The notes under the pieces were generated by a model. The model worked only from the letters and a program-made list of their open reading frames with translations. It was not told the DNA's origin and did not search any database. From an uncultured Gemmatimonadota bacterium (GTDB taxonomy: Bacteria; Gemmatimonadota; Gemmatimonadetes; Palauibacterales; Palauibacteraceae): 64,000 nt of DNA. The translations under genes and the position numbers were made by a program. Of this stretch, positions 57,085 through 64,000 are shown piece after piece. The stretch is from NCBI GenBank assembly GCA_964550085.1, contig CAZJXR010000001.1:13027-77026 (forward strand), read 5' to 3'. Each line of letters starts with the position of its first letter. Position 1 is the first letter of the stretch.

Positions 57085-59160
57085 TTGAACTCCGACCGCA
57101 CGGAGGCGTCGCGGATCGATCGCTATCTGCCGAGGGGGCTGCTCGTCCTCGGGGCGGTGGCGGTCGGGTTCGCCTTGTTGGTCGATCTCACCCCATGGGG
57201 TGATGCGGCCGGGATCGGATGGCGGCAGTTCGGCAACAAGCAGCGGGGTCTCGTCCTCGCCGGCCTCGCGCTCGCTGCCGTCGGTGCACTCCTTGGAACC
57301 GAGCGCGGCCAGCGATTCCTTCAGCGACATCCGGCCCCGCCCGCCGACCCCGGGCATATCGGGTATCTGCTGGTCGTAATCGGTTTGACGGCCGGCCTGC
57401 TCGAGCTGCTCCTGAGGTTGATCCAGAACAGCCTGCACGTCCGTTTCGTCCACCTGAGCCCCCATCTCACCTGGACGGCTCCCCTGTCGTGGGTTGCGTT
57501 TCTCACTGTTCCGGCGATGCTGTTCATCCTCCTCGCCCGGCTGCGGGTGCCACGTTTCGGCTCGCGGCCGGGAGCCACCTTTGCGCTCGTCTTCATTGCC
57601 GCCATCGGCGTGCTGGTCCTGTTCACGCCGGAACTTCACTGGACTGCCATCACCCTGCTCAGCGCCGGCGTCGCGTGGCAGCTATCGGGCCGCATCGCTC
57701 GCCATGCCGACGGCGCGAACCGCACGTTGCGACGGGCCGCCGGGATCCTTGTCACCCTGGTGGCCGTGCTCGGCATCGCAGTCACCGGGGCACGGCACGT
57801 CGGCGAGTCCATCCGTCGGGCGCGCCTGCCGACCCCGGAGGCGGACGCGCCCAACGTGCTGTTGATCATCCTGGACACGGTTCGCGCCCACAATCTCAGC
57901 CTGTACGGGTACACGCGGCCGACGACCCCTTTTCTCGGGGAGTTTGGCCGGCGCGGCGTGGTGTTCGAGCGCGCCTTCGCCACCGCGCCATGGACCCTTC
58001 CGTCGCACGCCAGCATGTTCACGGGGGCCTGGGCCGGGCAGCAGGCCGGCGACTGGCAACATCCGATCGACCCCCGGCACCCGACCCTGGCCGAGCTGCT
58101 GGCCGCGCACGGCTACCTGACCGCCGGTTTCGTCGCCAACAACAGGTACTGCGGGCTCAATACGGGCCTTCAGCGCGGCTTCAGTCGATACGATGTGGAT
58201 CAGCTGTCGACTGCCGAACTCATCGCGGCCTCCTCGCTCGGCCGCCTCCTGTTCGGACCCGGCTGGGTTCGGGAGCACGTGCGCAAGCCGGCCGACGAGG
58301 TGAGCGCCGAGTTTCTCGCCTGGCAGGCCGGCACCGGCGGACGCCCGTTCTTCGCTTTCCTCAACTACTTCGACGCCCACGACCCGTATCGGGCACCGCC
58401 ACCCTTCGACGGACGGTTCACGGTTCAAGATCTGCCCCCCGCCCCGCTCGACAGCTCGGTGCCGGGCTTTTCGGCGGGGAAGATCCGCCGCTGGCTAGCC
58501 AGCTACGACGGCGCGATCGCGCACCTGGACGGCGAGCTCAGGCGGCTGTTCGACAGGCTGGAGGATCGGGGTGTCCTCGATCGTACCGTGGTGATCATCG
58601 CTTCGGATCACGGAGAGCAGTTCGGCGAGAAGGGCCTCTTTTTTCATGGAAACAGCCTGTACGCTTCGCTCCTGCACGTGCCGCTGGTGATCTCTTTTCC
58701 CCCGTCCGTTCCGGCGGCTTACCGGGTGCCCGATCCGGTAACACTGCGCGACCTGCCCGCCACCATCCTCGATCTGGCGGGCATCCGCGGATCACCCTTG
58801 CCGGGCCGCTCCCTGGCCGCTTACTGGAGCCCGACGCTCGCCGCATCTGCGCCGCCTGGACCCTTCGCCGGAACGGTGGTGGCTGAAACCAGCGGGCGCT
58901 CGCAGGACGAGGCGTGGAACCCGACTTCGCGCGGCGACATGCGATCCGTAATCTCCGGCGACATGCACTACATCCTGAACGGAGACGGCGAGGAAGAGCT
59001 GTACGACATCGGACGCGATGAGTGGGAGCTGGAGAATCTCATCGCCGCTCCAGGCAGTGAAGTGGTCGTCTACCGCCTGCGGACGCAGCTCGAACGGATG
59101 ACGGTGGGAAAGGGCGAGACGGGCCTCAGCTCCGTTGCCGGAGGCGCAGCGGCCCGATGA
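57085..59160 (+). CDS. Membrane-anchored sulfatase-like hydrolase/transferase (alkaline phosphatase superfamily), paralogue 1
   Basis: N-terminal ~250 aa with several TM helices, then a PF00884-like domain: PNVLLIILDTVRAHNLSLYGYTRPTTPFL, WTLPSHASMFTG in place of CxPxR, FFAFLNYFDAHDPY, SDHGEQFGE, HVPLVI. Confidence 0.75.
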   Translation: MNSDRTEASRIDRYLPRGLLVLGAVAVGFALLVDLTPWGDAAGIGWRQFGNKQRGLVLAGLALAAVGALLGTERGQRFLQRHPAPPADPGHIGYLLVVIGLTAGLLELLLRLIQNSLHVRFVHLSPHLTWTAPLSWVAFLTVPAMLFILLARLRVPRFGSRPGATFALVFIAAIGVLVLFTPELHWTAITLLSAGVAWQLSGRIARHADGANRTLRRAAGILVTLVAVLGIAVTGARHVGESIRRARLPTPEADAPNVLLIILDTVRAHNLSLYGYTRPTTPFLGEFGRRGVVFERAFATAPWTLPSHASMFTGAWAGQQAGDWQHPIDPRHPTLAELLAAHGYLTAGFVANNRYCGLNTGLQRGFSRYDVDQLSTAELIAASSLGRLLFGPGWVREHVRKPADEVSAEFLAWQAGTGGRPFFAFLNYFDAHDPYRAPPPFDGRFTVQDLPPAPLDSSVPGFSAGKIRRWLASYDGAIAHLDGELRRLFDRLEDRGVLDRTVVIIASDHGEQFGEKGLFFHGNSLYASLLHVPLVISFPPSVPAAYRVPDPVTLRDLPATILDLAGIRGSPLPGRSLAAYWSPTLAASAPPGPFAGTVVAETSGRSQDEAWNPTSRGDMRSVISGDMHYILNGDGEEELYDIGRDEWELENLIAAPGSEVVVYRLRTQLERMTVGKGETGLSSVAGGAAAR

Positions 59161-61043
59161 AACGGCTCGTCATCGTCGGGGCGTGGATTGGGCTCGTGTA
59201 CGGAGCGGTGGAGGGGTTGGAGGTGATGAGTCTCTCCCTCATACCGGGGGCGCTGTCGTGGCGAAATGGAAACTCCGCCGACGTCTTGTGGTTCGCCCCC
59301 CTCTTCTACGGGCTCGCTTTCGGCCTACTGGCACTGCCGTTCGTCCTCATCGGGGGCATCGCGAAGCGCCTGCCCATCGATGCCATCTTCGTCTTCGTGC
59401 TGGTCGCCGGGTGCGGGTTTCTGGCGCTCACCCTGCCCAGCGGCGTGCTCTCCGACCTGGCGGCCGGCATTCTGGCGGTCGGGATCGCGAGTCAGGTCGT
59501 CCGCTTGTTCCGACGTCACCGCGGTCGTTGGGAGAAGACCATGACACGAAGCCTCCCGTGGCTGCTGGCAACGGTCGTCCTGGTCGGCGTCGCCGTCCGG
59601 GGGTCTTTCGCGATCCGGGAGCGGATGGCGATGGCCGGCCTGCCATCCGCGAATCCGCGGTCGCCCAACGTCCTGCTGATCGTGCTCGACACGCAGCGTG
59701 CCGACCACCTGTCTGCGTACGGCTACGAGCGCCCCACCAGCCCAAACCTTGAGGCGCTGGCTGTTGAAGGGGTCCTGTTCGAGCGCGCGCACGCCAACAG
59801 CTCGTGGACGCTACCCAGTCACGCCACCCTGTTCACGGAGAAGAGGCTGGTGGAACACCGGGCTGGCGAGATTCGTCGCCCGTATCTCGACGGTCGCTTT
59901 CCGACCCTGGCCGAAGTTCTGCGCCTCCGCGGTTACGCAACGGCCGGTTTCGTGGGGAATATCTTCTGGTGCGGACGGCAGACCGGATTGCAGCGCGGCT
60001 TCCTCCACTACGAGGACTTCTACGGCAGCCCGGGTGACGCCTTTGCCCGCACAGCGCTCGGCCGGCGGATCGCGTACGAGGGGTTGCCCCGGTTCGGGTT
60101 GATCGACGTTCCGGGTCGCAAGTACGCCGCCGAGATCAACGACGATTTCCTCGGTTGGGTGGACCGCAACCGGGACCGTCCCTTCTTTGCGTTCGTGAAC
60201 TACTTCGACGTCCACGGGCCATATCTGCCGCCGCCGCCCTTCGCGGGCCGCTTCACCGATGCTGCGGATGCGGGTCGGCGCAGCGTCAAGGAGATTCAGC
60301 TCGGCGCGCTGACCGGTGACATCACCGTCCCCGGTCTGGGCGAGCTCGAGCAGCTGGTGGGCACCTACGACGAATCGATCGCCTATCTGGACGCGCAGCT
60401 GGGCCGCCTGTTTGAACAGCTCGAGCGCCGCGGCGTCCTGGACGAAACGCTGGTCATCGTCACATCCGATCACGGTGAGAGCTTCGGCGAGCACGAGCTC
60501 ATGTACCACGGTCACAGCCTGTATCACGAGCAGACCCACGTGCCGCTCGTCCTTCGCTATCCCGGCGTCGTTCCGTCGAACACCCGCATTTCGACTCCGG
60601 TGGGCCTGGAGCGCATACCGGCGACGGTGATGGAAGTGGTCGGGTCGAAGGAGCACCCGTTCACGGCGCCATCGCTGAGCGAGAATTGGCACGGTGGGGA
60701 TGGGGACGGCGGGTTGGTTGTGACCGAGGTCGCGCGTCGTTCGACCGTTCCATACTCCTGGCCGTCCTCGCGCGGGTGGTCGCGATCCGTCATCACCGAC
60801 CGGTGGCAGCTGATCGTGCGAGAGTCTGGCGACACGGAGCTGTACGACGTCGTCAGTGACCGCAGCGAGCGGCACAACCTGGCGGAGACCGAGGAGGGGC
60901 GGGTCGTCGTAGTCGACTTGCGCGGACGGCTGGATCGCGTGCTGCCGGATCTCGAGGATCGGGCGGCGAGGTCCGAGCCGGCAACAGGGTCCGAGCCGGC
61001 AAGAGCGTCCGCGTCGACGCCGCTGCCCAGCAGGTCGAAGTGA
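59157..61043 (+). CDS. Membrane-anchored sulfatase-like hydrolase/transferase, paralogue 2
   Basis: Same architecture: PNVLLIVLDTQRADHLSAYGYERPTSPNL, WTLPSHATLFT, FFAFVNYFDVHGPY, SDHGESFGE. ATGA overlap with paralogue 1. Confidence 0.75.
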   Translation: MKRLVIVGAWIGLVYGAVEGLEVMSLSLIPGALSWRNGNSADVLWFAPLFYGLAFGLLALPFVLIGGIAKRLPIDAIFVFVLVAGCGFLALTLPSGVLSDLAAGILAVGIASQVVRLFRRHRGRWEKTMTRSLPWLLATVVLVGVAVRGSFAIRERMAMAGLPSANPRSPNVLLIVLDTQRADHLSAYGYERPTSPNLEALAVEGVLFERAHANSSWTLPSHATLFTEKRLVEHRAGEIRRPYLDGRFPTLAEVLRLRGYATAGFVGNIFWCGRQTGLQRGFLHYEDFYGSPGDAFARTALGRRIAYEGLPRFGLIDVPGRKYAAEINDDFLGWVDRNRDRPFFAFVNYFDVHGPYLPPPPFAGRFTDAADAGRRSVKEIQLGALTGDITVPGLGELEQLVGTYDESIAYLDAQLGRLFEQLERRGVLDETLVIVTSDHGESFGEHELMYHGHSLYHEQTHVPLVLRYPGVVPSNTRISTPVGLERIPATVMEVVGSKEHPFTAPSLSENWHGGDGDGGLVVTEVARRSTVPYSWPSSRGWSRSVITDRWQLIVRESGDTELYDVVSDRSERHNLAETEEGRVVVVDLRGRLDRVLPDLEDRAARSEPATGSEPARASASTPLPSRSK

Positions 61044-62947
61044 TCACATTGCGCGGTGAGCCAGGGAGCGCCCCACGCGCCTCGGAGACCTCTGCCGCGC
61101 TCGGGCCCGGGCGGACGGTCGAGATCAGCCTCTGGGTCGCTCTCCTCGGGGGCGGTCTGGAGGCGCTCGTCCTTTTGCTGCGTCAGCGCCTGCTCGGCCA
61201 TTATGTGTGGGCGGGTCCAGATGTGCTGTGGATGGCTCCGCTCGCTTGGGCCGCGCTGACCGTCCCGATCGGGCTGGCTGGCTGGGCCGGAGCCGCTGTG
61301 GCCCGTCGCCAGTTGGGCGCGAGTACGCTAGTCGGCCTCCTGGGTTTCTCGGTCGGGTCCATCCTGCTGTTGAACGTCCGCGCCCTGCACCCGGCCGCCA
61401 CTCTCCTGCTGGCGGCCGGCGCATCCGTGCAGCTCTCCCGCTCCGTGCGGGCCCGCGAGGTGGCCTTCGTGCGCCTCTCACGCCGTAGTGCGCCGCTCCT
61501 CATGTTGGGATTGCTGGTCGCCTTCTTCGACGTGAGCGCCTCGCGGCTGCTGAGGGAGGGGAAGACGATCCGGGAGCTCCCGAAAGGCGCCGGACCCAAT
61601 CTGCTGCTCATCGTTCTCGATGCGGTACGGGCAGGGAATCTGGGGCTGTCCGGATACGAGCGGCCGACCAGCCCGGTGCTCGACAGCCTCGGCCGGGCGG
61701 GCATCGTATTCGATCGGGCGTACGCCACCGCGTCGTGGACGCTTCCCTCGCACGGCTCGATGTTCACCGGCCGGCTCGCTCGGTCGCTGTCGGCGGACTG
61801 GCTGGAGCCGCTCGATACGGGATCTTCCACCGTGGCCGAACGGCTGCGCGATGCCGGCTACGTGACCGCTGCCTTCTCCGCCAACTTCTACTACGTGACC
61901 CGCGAGTCCGGGCTCGATCGCGGCTTCTTGCACTTCGACGACTACCGGTTGTCGTGGAAGCAGATTCTGCTCAGCTCGACCGCCGGCCAGATCCTGTTCG
62001 AGAACAGCGACCGGGTAGCGCGCCAGTTGCGGCGGGGTCGAATCGACCGGGCGCTTCTCGAGCTGCCGCCGCCTCCGGAACGGGTCGCCGACCGCAAGCA
62101 TGCGTCACGTCTGAACGCCGATTTTCTTGCCTGGCTGGACAAGACCGAGAAACGGCCGTTCTTCGCATTCCTGAACTACTTCGACGCGCATCGGCCCTAC
62201 TACGCGCCCGATTCCATCTTGGCACGCTTCCGGACCGGCGACGAGCGACGTTCGATCGATGACTACGATGCGGCGATCGCCTACATGGACCGGAGCATCG
62301 GAGAGCTGCTGGATTCATTGGACGCGCGCAGGTTGCTGGACAACACCGTGGTCGTGGTCACTTCAGACCATGGCGAGCTGTTCGGCGAGCACGACCTCAC
62401 GGGCCACGGCAACAGCCTCTACCTGGACCTGCTGCACGTTCCTCTGATCATTCGGGCGCCGGGCGTGACGGACGGAACGAGGATCGAGACGGCCGTCAGT
62501 CTGGTCGATCTCTACCCGACGCTGCTGGAGCTGGCCGGGCTGGAGATCCCCGAGTCCAACTCCGCGCGCACGCTCGCCTCCGCGTGGACGGATACCGTCG
62601 GCGACAGGCGTCTGGACCCGCGGCCGCTGTTTGCCGCCGTGCGGGAGGGAATCAACACGCCACCGGACCAGCCGGTCTCGCACGGCGACATGCTATCGAT
62701 CATCTGGGGCGGCTTTCACTATATCCGGCGCAGCGACGGCGCCGAAGAACTGTACGACATCGAAAGCGATCCGCTGGAGGAGCACCAGCTGGTCGGAGAG
62801 TCCGGTTGGGAGGACGAGCTGGAGGAGCTGCGGCTTCGATTGAACCTCGCGGACGGCATGGAGGGAGGGTTCCGCCAGGTCGTGAGCGGAGCGCCTCCCG
62901 TCTTCGGCGGGGCGAACGCGGATGTGGGGGCGAGGCGGAGCCAATGA
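61040..62947 (+). CDS. Membrane-anchored sulfatase-like hydrolase/transferase, paralogue 3
   Basis: PNLLLIVLDAVRAGNLGLSGYERPTSPVL, WTLPSHGSMFTG, FFAFLNYFDAHRPY, SDHGELFGE. GTGA overlap with paralogue 2. Confidence 0.75.
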   Translation: MITLRGEPGSAPRASETSAALGPGRTVEISLWVALLGGGLEALVLLLRQRLLGHYVWAGPDVLWMAPLAWAALTVPIGLAGWAGAAVARRQLGASTLVGLLGFSVGSILLLNVRALHPAATLLLAAGASVQLSRSVRAREVAFVRLSRRSAPLLMLGLLVAFFDVSASRLLREGKTIRELPKGAGPNLLLIVLDAVRAGNLGLSGYERPTSPVLDSLGRAGIVFDRAYATASWTLPSHGSMFTGRLARSLSADWLEPLDTGSSTVAERLRDAGYVTAAFSANFYYVTRESGLDRGFLHFDDYRLSWKQILLSSTAGQILFENSDRVARQLRRGRIDRALLELPPPPERVADRKHASRLNADFLAWLDKTEKRPFFAFLNYFDAHRPYYAPDSILARFRTGDERRSIDDYDAAIAYMDRSIGELLDSLDARRLLDNTVVVVTSDHGELFGEHDLTGHGNSLYLDLLHVPLIIRAPGVTDGTRIETAVSLVDLYPTLLELAGLEIPESNSARTLASAWTDTVGDRRLDPRPLFAAVREGINTPPDQPVSHGDMLSIIWGGFHYIRRSDGAEELYDIESDPLEEHQLVGESGWEDELEELRLRLNLADGMEGGFRQVVSGAPPVFGGANADVGARRSQ

Positions 62948-64000
62948 TTGAAGAAGGTCGCCGTCCGGCAAGGACGGAAGATTCTTGGGGCAGCGGGTTC
63001 ATCGTGCTCCTCGCCGCCTGGTTCGGCGGCTGCGTGGGCCTGATCGAGGTGGCGGCCCAGCTGGTACGAAAGTTCGGGTTCGGCGAGGTGATCCACCGCA
63101 GCGTGCACTTCGTGTGGACGGCTCCACTCACCTATGCGATCGCCTTCGGCCTGTGCGGCCTGCTGGTGGCCGCCGCAGCGCGCAGGTGGCCCCGGTTCGC
63201 TTCCCCCCGGGTCGTCGTGTTTGTGTTCATGGCGGCAGCCCTCGGCAGTCTCGCATTCCTGCCGCTCTTCCGTCGCATCCACCTGGTGGCGCTTGCGGTG
63301 CTCGCGCTCGGAGCCGCTGTTCAGCTCTCGCGTGTCCTCGGCGCGCGCGCGCCGCGTCTGGAGGGCGCGGTCCGCCGGAGCGGGCCGGTCATGCTGCTGG
63401 CAGTCGCCGTGAGCGCCATGGGAATCGTGGCGGCCCGGACGCTCGGCGAGCGCCGCGCCATCGAGACGCTTCCTGTCGCGGCCGCCGACGCCCCGAACGT
63501 GCTGCTCATCATCCTGGACACGGTCCGGGCCCAGAACATGAGCGTGTACGGGTACGACCGCCCCACCACACCGGGGCTCGAGCGGCTGAGCAGAGAAGCC
63601 GTGGTGTTCGAACGAGCCGTAGCGCCCTCTCCGTGGACGCTGCCCGCCCACGCGACGATGTTCACGGGCCGCTACCCGCACGAGCTGTCAACCGACTGGC
63701 TCGCGCCGTTGGACGACGCGGAGCCGGTACTCGCCGAGCGCTTTCGCCGACGAGGGTACCTGACGGCGGGGTTCGTCGCCAATCGAGCGTACGGAACGCG
63801 CGAGCACGGGCTCGCTCGAGGATTCCTCCATTACGAGGACTATCGCGTCTCGCCCGGCGAAATGATCCGCAGCACGGCGCTCGGCCGGCGGCTCGCCGAC
63901 GCGCGGAGCCTGCGCCCGCTGGTGGGCACGGACGCCCAGCTCGGCTTCAAGGACGCGGCCCGGCTCACCGACGACTTTCTGGCCTGGCAACAGGCGACGA
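62944..64000 (+). CDS. Membrane-anchored sulfatase-like hydrolase/transferase, paralogue 4 (partial, runs off the window)
   Basis: PNVLLIILDTVRAQNMSVYGYDRPTTPGL, WTLPAHATMFTG. ATGA overlap with paralogue 3. Truncated by the window edge. Confidence 0.7.
   Translation, partial: MIEEGRRPARTEDSWGSGFIVLLAAWFGGCVGLIEVAAQLVRKFGFGEVIHRSVHFVWTAPLTYAIAFGLCGLLVAAAARRWPRFASPRVVVFVFMAAALGSLAFLPLFRRIHLVALAVLALGAAVQLSRVLGARAPRLEGAVRRSGPVMLLAVAVSAMGIVAARTLGERRAIETLPVAAADAPNVLLIILDTVRAQNMSVYGYDRPTTPGLERLSREAVVFERAVAPSPWTLPAHATMFTGRYPHELSTDWLAPLDDAEPVLAERFRRRGYLTAGFVANRAYGTREHGLARGFLHYEDYRVSPGEMIRSTALGRRLADARSLRPLVGTDAQLGFKDAARLTDDFLAWQQAT

Overview
High-GC (~70%) bacterial chromosomal segment, probably from a diderm (a TolC-family and a porin-like outer-membrane protein are encoded), densely packed with about 55 protein-coding genes. 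No rRNA, tRNA, CRISPR array, transposase or integrase was recognised. Main contents: (1) peptidoglycan/amino-sugar recycling enzymes (GH3 NagZ-like, DUF1343 NamZ-like, C40 peptidase, PBP4/DacB). (2) Two divergently arranged ECF sigma / anti-sigma / LTXXQ periplasmic protein modules with back-to-back ECF-type promoters, one fused to a TolC-MFP-MacB-like efflux operon that has no ATPase gene. (3) A third ECF sigma followed by a secreted CBM48-domain protein. (4) Molybdenum-cofactor maturation genes (xdhC-mocA, coxG, fdhD-mobA, moeA) without any catalytic molybdoenzyme gene. (5) etfBA, nfo and a fabH-like gene. (6) An operon of secreted Ig-like/LVIVD/TPR proteins built around a membrane-anchored JAMM/MPN+ metalloprotease. 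(7) A SelW-like selenoprotein gene with an in-frame TGA and a downstream hairpin that the ORF track misses. (8) A nitrogen cluster (large NAD-GDH, glnA, AT-rich divergent promoter island, NtrB/NtrC-like pair). (9) An exopolysaccharide-type locus (sugar transferase behind a sigma54-like promoter, REC-degenerate-GGDEF regulator, SBBP lipoprotein, amidohydrolase). (10) A small membrane peptide followed by four translationally coupled paralogues of membrane-anchored sulfatase-like enzymes that lack the formylglycine motif. Gene junctions very often overlap by 4 nt (ATGA/GTGA). Several long antisense ORFs in the track are shadows of real genes. All assignments come from motif recognition by eye, not database searches.
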